From Toensbergia leucococca (Eukaryota), in contig JALDZS010000012.1 of NCBI GenBank assembly GCA_022813965.1, positions 124,001 to 188,000 on the forward strand: a stretch of 64,000 nucleotides of DNA. Direction: 5' to 3'. Under the pieces are notes generated by a model, which had not been told where the DNA came from, did no database searches, and saw nothing but the letters and a program-made list of their open reading frames with translations. Positions 53,206 to 64,000 of the stretch are shown piece after piece; positions within the stretch are counted from its first letter, which is position 1; the number at the start of each line of letters is the position of its first letter. The position numbers and the translations under genes were made by a program.

Positions 53206-55052
53206 GACAGATTTGTCGATATCATGTGGAGAATTGAGCTTGGAGGTCCTTGTATTGCTAGCCACTCGCGTATGTGTTTCTTGATTTACTGAGCGCATTA
53301 GCAAGCGTGCGTTGAATCTGGATGTTTTTCACTGCTTGTACAGTCAAGAATCTACGTACACAATAACTTTTAATCACTACCGCTTTCACTTCCTCGACCG
53401 TTTGCACATGATTAATCTAATCTTCATCGTTTTGCGGCTGCGTAACCCAATGTCTTCCGATCATCCTTTAGTGTGTCTTTGTCCTTTTTACAAAGCGCTT
53501 CTCAAGGTGTTCATTACTAGATGCTCTTAGCGATATCTCCGCTACCAGATATGTAAATTGACTACCGGATTTGCTTAATCAATCTATTCTACATCTCCGT
53601 TACTACCATCCACCGCTACAAACCACAAAATGTTATTTACAAAATCCTCTACACGATACTATTCAACAAGACAGGCTATTACCAGGTATCTCCTGCCAGG
53701 TATTATAAACATTCACCACTCGCCCCTGAGCCCATGAACCACAAAGCTCAATTAAATTCCTGACCAACTTCACCTCGCGGCAGCCCAAAATCTGACACAC
53801 AGAAATTCGCTCGGCGCCGCTAGAAGATATCAGGGCCTTCAAATGATGATAAATCTACCGAAACTCGTACTCCAAAGAAACTGTTGCGAATCTGAAAACT
53901 GGGTATCTAGATATTTTATACGCTGGTTGCAGCACCGGCAAAAATGCCAGTGTGGTAGTTGGTGCTTTGAATTCCAACACTGAGTGTGGATTTTGGGGTG
54001 TCATTATTCATTTCCGGCCCAAACCCCATTCATCTTGAATGTTCCGCATGAAATGTTCGAGCCAATTCCTGCTCTGTTCTGATCCGTCGTTTTCTTTTTC
54101 TTAATTTACCAGAAAATATCTGTTATCCAATATTGGTTTCAGCAATTCAAATGGAGGGAGAGGGGGTGCGTATGGTTTCTATCCCATCCCACACCTCCAA
54201 AGTCCCTATCTCTTGTTCCCTCGGCTTCAGGCTTTTGGTTCCTTCTCGTTGAACGCTGCAGGCTTCCGAAATACTTTTCGCAAACATAGTGCGCCCACTT
54301 CCGTGTCTGTGCCCGAAAACAACGCACCCTCCACCCTTCAATCAAGCTCGTCTGCCATCATTGCCCCGTCGTTCATTCTCGTTCGCACTCTTTGCCTTGG
54401 CTTTAATTCGAGCGTCTCACTCTTTCTGGCTGTTTCAGAGAACAATAATCGTATTTGCTCTTGCCCCTCTAGCCCTCCTAGATGGCGAATACGGCTGCTT
54501 CTGCACCTTTCCCATAAATCTTCATCTACGGAAACAAAATCCACAGCCTACACGATAGCAAGCTGAATGTCATTCATGAGGTTTTGGCGTTGTTAAAGGG
54601 TCTGTGGTGGCGTGGACGCCAATTGGAACCTACTTTTCCACATCTCTTGGAATTGGTGTCTGCAGCTTTCCATGGCCGGCTAGATCAAGAAGGACTGCTC
54701 TTGAAGGTCGTCTTTGAAAATGTCGAAATTTTCTCCCTCGTCCACAGATCAAAGTCGGAATCTTAACAGGAGGGGATGGATACTCCGTGTGATGAGTCTG
54801 TGCCTGATAAACGAAGGGATTTGAGAATAGGGTCATGCATCATCTCATGTTGATAGTTCAGAAGCTTAGGAGATCATGCTGTAACTAGACGACGTTGGCG
54901 CATACGTCAAAATGAGTTGTATGCTTGCATTGAAATCCAACCCTCATCGCTCAGCCGAGCACCAAAGTCTCAGAGTCATGAATTCTCATCACTCTTGGCG
55001 TTAATAAAGATATGTATATAATTTAAAAAAACTTCTAATCTAACAATATTAA

Positions 55053-56266
55053 TTACTGCTTCATCGGCCCCGTCGTCGCCCTCACATCAATCGTGGCGCG
55101 AAACTTCCTCCGAAAAAGAAACCCAAACACCAAAATCATAAGATGCAACCACAAAACCGACAAAAGCTGCCTCCACCCAAGCCGCACCGCCCTCTCCCCA
55201 CCCTCCCACTCCCGGCAAACGTCCAAAAACCGCTTCGGATCATCCGTGATGACGCCGTCGACATCGTTCTTGATGCTCCAGCGCATCATGTTGTCCTCGT
55301 TGACGGTCCAGACGTAGACGGGGCGGCCGAGGGCTTTGGCGTCGCGGAGGAAGCGGGCGCCAAAGGGGCCGAGGAGGATCTTTTGTAGCATGTTGAAGGA
55401 GATGTTGGGGACGGTGAGGAATTGGCGGGCGTAGGGGAGGGAGAAGCCGATGTGGGAGATGGGGAAGGTGGGGAGGTGGGTGGTGCAGAGGGGGAGGTAT
55501 TTTATGGCCCAGCAGCCGAGGACTATTCTTTGGTTCCAGGGGCGATGGGGGGATGGGGGGGTTTGGGATATTGTTCTTGCGATCAGTCTCATTATGTCGT
55601 CGGCGTCGTTGTCGAGCTATAAAGGGGTTGGTAAGATTTCGAATTGTTTGAGACACTGTTTCGCACCTTTATGTCCAAGAGTAGCCAGATTTCTTCCAAA
55701 CCTGGGGATGCCAAGTATTCTAGAAGATCCTTCAATCTTGGCATTGATTCGTTGGGCGCTTTGAGGGTTCGTAATGTGCTGAGGTAGTCCCATGTGCAAT
55801 CTATTATTTTCTGCTCTTCGCCGTAACATCGTTTTAAGGTGGCGTCCTGTCCACGTATTATCAGTCTTCTTATGTGTCTAAACTACCTTTTTTTTTGGAA
55901 ACCTACATGAGATAGAACCACAACACCGTCTTTCGATAGATGAGTGTCCGTTTCTAGCGCGTGGGCTCCCGCTTTGACAGCGCCCATGAAAGCGCCCATG
56001 GTATTTTCAGGATGCTGGGCATTGTATCCTCGGTGGGCAATAGCTTGGGGTACTCGTTTGCCATTACGGTCTCGCCTTGCATAGGTCCATTTTGCTTGAA
56101 AGTCTTATCAGAATGGTAAGGAGCAGTAGTTTCGAGGAATGACCATACGATCGGGAAATGTAGCATTCATCCCGGTCTTTGGAACTTCTGCCTGGACGTC
56201 GTAATTCTTCTTATCAACAACGAACGAATGCGCTATCTTCCGGTATAAGGGTTTCTTGATGGCCAT
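55053..56266 (-). CDS. Glycerophosphodiester phosphodiesterase, Pgc1-like, with C-terminal membrane anchor; four exons
   Basis: Spliced: [21 protein letters not shown]...[27 protein letters not shown]...LLDIK-LDND...VYVWTVNE...VDGVITDDP; hydrophobic tail then RRKFR. Confidence 0.9.
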
Positions 56267-58559
56267 GATTGTGGAAGGAGCGAAATTGGTAGTAGCTGTT
56301 GAAGTTTTCCGGTGGGATTGTGTCAGATGATGACTAGGGTCTCGAGGAGGATTCCGTGCAGCTATGGGTTCATGGAAGAGCGAGTGCGCTGCCTGGGAGG
56401 CTTTTTATTAATTATTAAAATCTATAATATATTGGAAAGGAAGAATGCGTGAAACAAAAAAAGGGGCACTTCAGAGGCAGAGAGATGTATATAGTAGGAG
56501 GATTAAAATGATGCAGAGGTGAAATTCTCAGGTAGGGCTCCATGCAAAGGATCTGTTACTTCCACCAGCGCCGCACACTACTTAACTACTCGCGATAGTG
56601 AACATAGGCCGCAGCGCTTCTTTAGCATTCATCGGCAAAGGGTGCCGTTGATAGGCGCAAAGATCGAGTGGCTGGAATGAGTGCACGTTTGAAGCATAAC
56701 GTCATGTGGGGAGCAGGCATCACGCTGTCATGCATCGAATCTCCCTGATGCTGAATCACTTTCATGAACCCGCCGCACTGGCCCTTGCTCCCAAAGAGGC
56801 AGTGGGGCTTCGATCTGCCGCTTCATCAACCAATGAATCGTCCTTGTTATCCTCAATCCGGCATCCAAACGACAAGCTTACGTTGGTGGCTTGGCCAAGA
56901 AACGGCAGGCATGCAAGCTTGGGCCAAGTACGACCCGGCTGCACCGACTTCATGCCCTCACCATGAACGATAAATCTACATGTATGATTGCGATGGTCTA
57001 TCAACATGACCCGTTGCGTTGTGAATCAACCCATCACACTTCATGTCTGAAAACTCTAGTACGGTCCCAGGTTTACAAAGAACGATTAAAAAGGTGGTGT
57101 GAAAAGTGATTCCGGCAACAAGGCCGGAGCTGCGTTATCATTCTCCCTATCTGAGATGAAGGTCATCGTTGTGATTGTGAGAGCACTCACTTGACTATCA
57201 ATTGCAGCAAGTCAAAACACTGACGCGACTGTTGTACCCTTGAGCTTCTTTATACAGCAGCATCCACTCATCACAACTATCTCTCTCCTTGTCAAAATGA
57301 CAATTTTCTCTGCACAAGGTCAACTAAGACTACAAATTTCTATTGAATCTCTGATATTAAGCTCTTTCACTACTTAGTTAAACATTCTGTATGATTTGCT
57401 CGAACAATGACTCCGAGTCTCTTGATGATGCAGAGACAGCTCAAGAATCAAGAGCAGAGAGAGAACTCAGTACATTCAAAACTAGTCAATATGATGAATG
57501 GTGTGTCTACTGATGGTAAAGACATCCCATACTCATCCTTGGGACCTATATCGCAATGTCTTTTGGGATCAAAAAATTCTGAATTTCCGAGGGCCTGTGG
57601 GACCATTAAAAGGGGTATGTTATTGAGATCTGAATCGGATGACAAAATAGTGAGAGAACGGAGACCGTTTTAATTGGGCGCTTTTGAGGGGGTGGAGTGT
57701 TGATGCTGGGAGGGGGGTCCATGGGGTTTTTTGAACGATCCGAAAAGGAGTAGTTAGTACTGAGTTGAAGATAAAGGTGTGTTGCATGATACAATAGCGG
57801 GAGTTCTTACTCTGGTTGCTATCGCGTAGGTACCCTATCTTTCAATGCAGATTGCGAATCACTGCACGTTTTTCTATTTTCAAGGGTCTACGGCTTGACG
57901 GAGGGCTGATGAAGGGTTCATGTGCAATAGCAAGATTGTTGCAAGTCGGACAGCGCTGCCTATGTCTACGTCACCCTCATTGGTCTTCAAGCTGCCGCGT
58001 CATTGGCAGGAAGGGAGTTGGAGGGAATGACTGTGTATTCACCCCTTGGACGCACTCATCCTACCTCGACCATCCTTGGGAAAGTCTTTCATCTGACAAT
58101 ATCACTTTCACCATAGCAAGGATTCATGTTTACTGATTGGACTCTTACCTCTCAATCTAGATTCAGCCACACAAATGCCCATCCTCCGGATCCTCACTAC
58201 TAACATCTTCCACAAGCCAACATCTTTTCCTTCCAGACACCACCGTGATCGTCCTCTCCTCCTTGATCTTTCTCTTGCAGAATTATCTCGGTGTTTGACC
58301 TTGTATGTTTAGTCTTGCCGGATATTCTGATAATCGAAAGTCTAAGTTATTAGCAGTCAAAGTACTCCTAGCTAGCTCTGGCGTTCGTTTCAGGCATTTA
58401 TTCAGTAAAGTCGTCATTTGCAGCGCGGTAGAGTGTGAGTCAGAAGCTTCATTAGAGTCTTAAGAATTTCAAATTCATCCTAAGGAGTCAATGCCTAGTC
58501 TCATTTCCCTAAAACCTATGTCTTGTCTAGGTAGGTACCAGTCCTTTTCTAAGCCCAGC

Positions 58560-59064
58560 CTAATTTGCCAATCCTTGTCTGTCTGGCTTTGAGCCTAAAA
58601 AGGGTGCTTTTGCTTCGTCACCATCGTCATCACAGTCTCTTGGGATTTCCACAAATTGAGGAGGACTTTCACAAAAATCATAATAACCCCCTGAATGACA
58701 GACACAATTGTAATAGATACCGGCAATTGTAGTATGAAGGCCTAATTAGTGTTTGTCACTGAAAACTCAATCTACGAGATAGTTACTCACAGTTCTTGAA
58801 TCCATCATCACAGGTTGACTGTATGCAACTATTGACCCTGGGGTCACCACTATCTTTGCAGAGTGAACACAGTCCATATCTCAGGAAACAAGAGGTCTGT
58901 GTAGAAGAAGAACAGTTTGTCAGTTCAGTGATTCTCAGAATATCGACATTCGGTCTATACTTACCAAGCATTGCGGAGGGGGAAGTTGTATCACAAAACC
59001 CTATGAGGGTTGATACATCAATCGTTGCCACGCTGGCAAGAGTAGTCAAGTAATTGATATACAT
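58560..59064 (-). pseudogene. Small Cys-rich orphan gene (three exons) with an apparent 1-nt frameshift in exon 1; pseudogene, assembly error or intron-retention form
   Basis: TATAAAAG at about 59198-59205; ATG 59064; introns 58964-58897 (GTAAGT..CTGAC..CAG) and 58790-58742 (GTGAGT..CTAAT.TAG); exons 2 and 3 join in frame with 10 Cys; exon 1 is 100 nt and out of phase by one. Confidence 0.6.
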
Positions 59065-60276
59065 CGTTGTTCTTTGCGACAAATATTTTGAGGCCAGAAG
59101 ATGGCTGGGAGTGTAAAAGGACGCCGAAGAAGATTGAATCCGGAGAAGTTTGAAAGAGGAAAGGAAAAACACGTAGATTTTCTGAACTTGTTCCCCTCTT
59201 TTATATTCATCTGTCCCCCTACGAGACATCTATGACAATAGACTCGGACAAAAAACCTAGCTCAGTTGGAGCGTTTGAACACATGCCAAAGATCTACTCC
59301 ATCTCCCATCATGCACGTTACGGATTATGTCGGTTTGCTGTGCAATTGGCCATGCCATCAGTATGGGTACGAGGGCCGAGGCCGATGAATGGGTAAACCA
59401 AGCCGTGCTGGCTGCATAATATCTGCAATTTCCAATCCTACTACCTGAGGATGCTCACGCGAACCATTGGTGGATGTAGGCGAGGTATCAAGGAGCCGTT
59501 GAAAAAGGTATGTATTACATCAAAAGGGATACCACATGTGGAAGTGAAGGAGAGGCCTTGACTGACGCAAAGCACCGTGACAAATTCAGTGTGATTATTC
59601 TTTTCACAGGATTGTGCCAGCAGTGTTCTATTTGCCTAGCAACTAAGATTTTCTTTCTGCAAGAGATTGTCCCATGTTTGATGTCCATCAAGATCTTGAT
59701 GTGGAACGGGAACAGATTGTGATAGTGGTAGAGACTAGACCCCTGTAGCTGTTTATTTTCGGCACGGCGCCGAAAGACAGTCTAGTGACCAGCTCTTATG
59801 ACTTAGTCCTATTGGCAGAACCCACTTCTTGACTGTGCATGTACTATTAGAAAGTGCGGGGAAGATTGTGTTTTCATGCAAGATCTGAGAGGCCCAATGG
59901 AAGAGAATGAGTAGTTGAACGTATGATGCTGAGGTATGATAAAGTAAGGTATGCACTGCTTGACTATGTGTTAGCTAGGTGCATGACTGTGGATTTCATT
60001 ACGTACGGTACGTGCCGGAATATGAAGTCATTATCCACTGCGGAACAGGTAAATAAAAGATGAGAGCAGCAGGAGAAGCATTGCAGGTTTTGACGATGAG
60101 ATAAGGTCGTTCCTCATGCAAAGGTAGTCATGAAATTGCGATCAAGTTTGTTATCTTTTACTAATTGAGTCATTTTCATATGTTGATATTGCACACAGAG
60201 ACTTTTATCGGGCAAGCTTCATATCAGCGATGCCTACGGAGTAATCGTGCCAATGTATGGTCTATTGGTCATTTCA

Positions 60277-60328
60277 TTCGATTCCCCACGAGAGGGTTGA
60301 CCTTGAATGGCACTCGTGGGGAATCGAA
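60277..60328. repeat. Perfect 16-bp inverted repeat with 20-nt spacer
   Basis: TTCGATTCCCCACGAG (60277-60292) and CTCGTGGGGAATCGAA (60313-60328). Confidence 0.9.
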
Positions 60329-60428
60329 CGGGTAAAGTTTCGTGGCGAACCTGAATGAAAACCTTATTGCGGAGTAACGTTGGTACGGATATTCCACGGA
60401 GTAAGGTAGAACTATTTACGGATACCGA

Positions 60429-60457
60429 GCTCCGAGGTACCGAGGTACCCTCGGAGC
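60429..60457. promoter_or_regulatory. Three FarA/FarB(Ctf1)-type CCGAGG cores within a palindrome upstream of the peroxin gene
   Basis: CCGAGG 60432-60437 and 60440-60445, CCTCGG 60449-60454; about 145 nt upstream of ATG 60600. Confidence 0.55.
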
Positions 60458-60599
60458 CTCGTACCTTAACCTCACCACCTTGTCATTTATTTCCTACCCT
60501 GTGCCTGTCACCTGTCACCCCATACTCCGTACTCGTACTCTTACTAAAGCATCATATGCACATACAATATCTCATGAGACCTACCACTTGACTTCTCTC

Positions 60600-62152
60600 A
60601 TGGAAGATCATACTGCAGATGCTTTAGTGAATCGCGATGAGCCTATCCCAGTCTTCGCACCTGCTTCCCAAGGCAGCGATGCCACATCATCTGACAACCA
60701 AAGCAAGCGTGAGAGACTGAAACAGTCTCTCTCAGCCTCAAAACTGAAAGACAAGATCCATGATGTCGGATTCACCAAGACCGAATCCCCACAATCTTTA
60801 CAAGACAGACTCTTTACCAAGTGAGCCGTCATCATGAAGATCAACTTCAAATCATGGCCGGCTAAGCGTCGTCGCAGACTTCTACAGCAAGTCATACCCT
60901 CGGAAGATCTGGGGGACATTATCGGTCCACCGGACAAGAGATCAACAAGTTATGTCAATCGCCCGGGTTTTAGCCTCCCTTTGATGACCAGCAATTTTCG
61001 TCGCTTCAATGCTAGGTAGAAGATCTATGTGGACTGAGCATGCTTCTATGTTAACACTATGCCAGAGTTGGCGTCATTTTCCTTTTCCAGACTCAGCTCA
61101 TACGCCTCCTGTGCTGGAAAACCACATCTCATACCCTTTCACTACTAGCAGTATATACCTTTGTTTGTCTTGATCCTTACCTTCTCTCGGTCCTTCCCGT
61201 TGTCCTAGCCTTATTCTTTGTTATGGTGCCCGCCTTCTTGGTTCGGCATCCACCACCTCCGTCATCCATATCAAACAGCCCATCATACTACATCAATGGC
61301 CCTCCAGTGGCTCCTCCCCGCATCATTTTACCTGCCGCAGAAATGTCGAAGGATTTTTTCCGGAATATGCGTGACCTACAAAACTGCATGGATGATTTCA
61401 GCAACGTTCATGACATCGTTCTCAAAACCGTTACCCCGTCCACTAATTTTTCCAACGAGCCCCTTTCTTCAGCTCTGTTTCTCTTTCTCTTCATCATAGC
61501 TTGCTCTCTCTCCATCACGTCGCACCTTCTGCCCTGGCGTTTTATTTGCCTGTTGGCTGGCTGGACCACTATCGCACTCGGCCATCCCAATATCCAAGAC
61601 TTCGTTCTGACGAGCCACAAAGAGCATTTTCATCCACATGAAAAAACGCTACAAGGCTGGCTCGATAAGTGGATCTCGCATGATATCGTACTTGACGCGC
61701 CGGCCGAGACTAGAGAGGTTGAAATCTTTGAATTGCAGCATAAAACTGGGGGGTCGAACGGGGAGTGGGAGGCTTGGGTCTTCAGTCCGTCACCGTATGA
61801 TCCGTTATCGCCGCAACGTATATCTGGGGATCGACCGAAGGGCACGAGATTCTTTGAGGATGTAGTGGCGCCGCCGGGATGGGAGTGGAGTGATAAAAAG
61901 TGGATGTTAGACATGGGTAGCAGAGAATGGGTAGAAGAGAGGATGGTGCAAGGAGTGGAGGTCGAGGTGGAGGGTGAGAGATGGGTTAACGATCTAGCTG
62001 ATCTTGGGATTGAGGATTATGAAGGAGATTTTAAGGCGTTAGGAAAGGGGAAAGAGAAGCTGAGAGTATCGGACGAGGGAAAGGGAACTGGGTTGATAGG
62101 TGACTGGAGGAGACGGCGTTGGGTGAGAATGGTAAGGAGAAAGGTTCTTTGA
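60600..62152 (+). CDS. Pex24/Pex28/Pex29-family peroxisome-ER membrane peroxin; three exons
   Basis: MEDHTADALVNRDEPIPV; SLQDRLFTK-LLQQVIP; FSLPLMTSNFRRFNAR-VG; SKDFFRNMRDLQNCMDDF; dysferlin-like EVEIFELQ...PPGWEW...W...GDWRRRRWVRMVRR. Confidence 0.9.
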
Positions 62153-62538
62153 TGGTCGTTAGGGACATGCCGGCTACTGGTTTATTTGGTTTCGGATCAG
62201 CCTGCAATACCATTATTGCAAAAAAATCAACTATCTAGGTACTCTACAGAAGAATTCTTTGCTACCGTTCAAAATGGGTCAGTCAGCAATGCAGCGTTTG
62301 TTCAGGCTCGAATCAGCCTCCGTTCAACCACCATCCAGGCTATTCATTTCTTACTCAGGTGCCTTCTCTTTCATTCTCCGACAATCTAATTGATCCGGCG
62401 GGATGTTCTATGGTATTGATTTCATCGACTTTACACGTCAAAGGGCGCAGTGGAGGAGTGCCCACTTTCGGGATCCCGGTGTGCCGAAAAGGGAACCCTC
62501 CCTCCCTCCGAAACCAGGCACATGCGCAGACCACGCCA

Positions 62539-63102
62539 CTAGAACGTTAGGTGTAACATCGCATCGCAACTAACAATCGTGCTCGCAAGTAAGAAAACCC
62601 CCCTGACAGCACTAAGATTACTCCATCTATTGATCAACCCCTTGACATCCAGATTTCTCAGGCTTTGATCCGGGCTAGTTTCCTTCTTCTCTTCCCTCGA
62701 TTGCAACTCAGCATTCGTCGCGTCCAGCGCTAGGAACGTGTACGGCAGGATAGCCAGACTCAGCCCACCAGCAGCCATGAAGCGGTAGTGCTGCGGCTGG
62801 GTGCGGGTCAGATAGGAGTTGAGGAAGTTGGCGCCGCTGGCAATCAGGGCTAAGGGTGGCACGACGCTTTTGTCAATGGCACCCATGGTCTGCCATTGGT
62901 TCAAGAGGGATTCATCGGAGGAATTCTTGACGTAGGCGGGGACGTGAAGGTAGGAGGTGAAGAGGAGACCGCCTGTTAATCTGCGTCAGCAGTGAAGATA
63001 TTAGGGCAATTTCAATCAAGACGTGCCGGCGCAGAAGGCGGAGGTGGTGGTGCCGAGAACGAAGAGTCTCTTGACTGTGGAGTAGCTGTCGAAGGAAGAC
63101 AT
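62539..63102 (-). CDS. DUF1772 (anthrone oxygenase-like) small membrane protein; two exons, probable GC-AG intron 63026-62973
   Basis: TTTSAFCA-GGLLFTSYLHVPA...LLNQWQTM...LAILPYTFLALDATNAEL...VKGLINRWSNLSAVRG. Confidence 0.75.
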
Positions 63103-63742
63103 TTGTGATGGCTGATGCTGTTGTGTTGAATGTATCCGTAGAGTATGAATACCGAAAGTAGGTACGTAGTCGTAGGCAGACCAATTATTCCCATCACGAA
63201 AGCGGGGTTTGAAACTCCGCTAGGAAATGCAGCTGATACCCTCCCCTGCTTGTACTCAGCCTCAATTCGGACTTCTTTACCCTCATCTCGGGTTGAAGCA
63301 CTAGCAGCAGCAACCCCTATTGGCGGCCGTGACTGGATATGGGAGAACGAAGTCTCATGTTCGACCATAGGAGTACTCGTGTGGACAATCATGAAGAAAT
63401 ACTCTAGTCCAAATGCGAGTTCGATAGGAAAACTCCATGATACCTATCCTACAACGCTTCAGGAAATTTTTATCTCATGGGCAAGTTGATTCAGGTGCCA
63501 GTACCGGTTCAATATCTTGTCCATGCTGCGACCCTTTGTTTTGCTCGAGGAGGTTCGCGGGTGAACAGTCTAAAGAAAGAGATGGAGAGGTTAGGAGGGA
63601 GCGCCTCGCACGGAAAAATCTTGTTTTCATACCCCAGTCTTCGTCATGCATCATGAATCATTTCACGTAGTCTACCGGAATCGTGCCAGAGGGACATTTC
63701 CTATCTTCTTTCATCGCAGCCTACACTGTCTAATCTTCATCA

Positions 63743-64000
63743 TCAGCCACCCCCTCCCCTCCACCTCCCCACCCTCCTCCTCAAATCTCCCTCACTCTGC
63801 TGCCAAGGATTCAGCTTCCGATCCCTCACCATGCCTCGGAAATCCTCCCCCCACTTTCCCACCAAGGCTTCAATCCACTCCTGCTCCCTCCGACTCTGCT
63901 GCCTCGGCTTCTTCTTCGCTTCCATTGATGCCTGCTCTTCCAATTTGGCTATGATGCCGTTTGCTTCGGATCTAGGTACTACCGTATCGGTTTCGACGTC
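63743..64000 (-). CDS. NOP16: Ribosome biogenesis protein Nop16, 3' end (partial at window edge)
   Basis: PRQQSRREQEWIEALVGKWGEDFRGMVRDRKLNPWQQSEGDLRRRVGRW matches the Nop16 C-terminal motif. Confidence 0.85.
   Translation of the reverse strand, partial: DVETDTVVPRSEANGIIAKLEEQASMEAKKKPRQQSRREQEWIEALVGKWGEDFRGMVRDRKLNPWQQSEGDLRRRVGRWRGGGG

Noticed and set aside
53700..54850. Short overlapping ORFs between the UBL-AN1 and GDPD genes
   Set aside because: No recognisable motif or coherent splice model.
57290..57800. Possible small spliced gene relic (ATG near 57297, intron-like signals, 88-aa ORF)
   Set aside because: Could not assemble an open spliced frame with a recognisable product.
60277..60340. 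tRNA gene suggested by GTTCGATTCC
   Set aside because: No pairing 5' T-stem, anticodon arm, D-arm or A-box; only the inverted repeat is reported.
62539..63102. Anthraquinone or other secondary-metabolite cluster around the DUF1772 gene
   Set aside because: No PKS, NRPS or tailoring genes on the left; the neighbours are a peroxin and NOP16.

Overview
Gene-dense, intron-rich chromosomal segment of a filamentous ascomycete (Pezizomycotina; lineage not determinable from the sequence alone). About 28 protein-coding genes were reconstructed by hand across introns. They are mostly housekeeping, trafficking and signalling genes: VPS23, EFM7/NNT1, STE2, a DUF1996-WSC protein, ERV41, a DUF202 protein, a SUN glucanase, SSN3/CDK8, an MFS sugar porter, an F-box-like protein, a half-size MetE-like protein, a CFEM-TM protein, SNU13, VMA3, COX24/mS38, a group II G-alpha, MBP1, NDUFB7, a SIKE/Far3-like coiled-coil protein, FTA4, a GRE2-like reductase, SFA1, GPI11, a UBL-AN1 fusion, a PGC1-like GDPD, a Pex24/29-like peroxin, a DUF1772 protein and a partial NOP16. 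I found no transposon, tRNA, rRNA, CRISPR array or secondary-metabolite cluster. The most notable items are: (1) a box C/D snoRNA predicted to guide 25S Cm2959 (snR73/SNORD35 type) in VMA3 intron 1, head-to-head with SNU13; (2) a divergent ubiquitin-like domain ending in RGG fused directly to an AN1 zinc finger, like a cleavable precursor; (3) a three-exon small Cys-rich orphan gene with an apparent 1-nt frameshift; (4) legible cis-regulatory motifs upstream of STE2 and the peroxin gene; (5) repeated C-rich to G-rich strand-skew flips. All family calls are from motif recognition; no database search was run.
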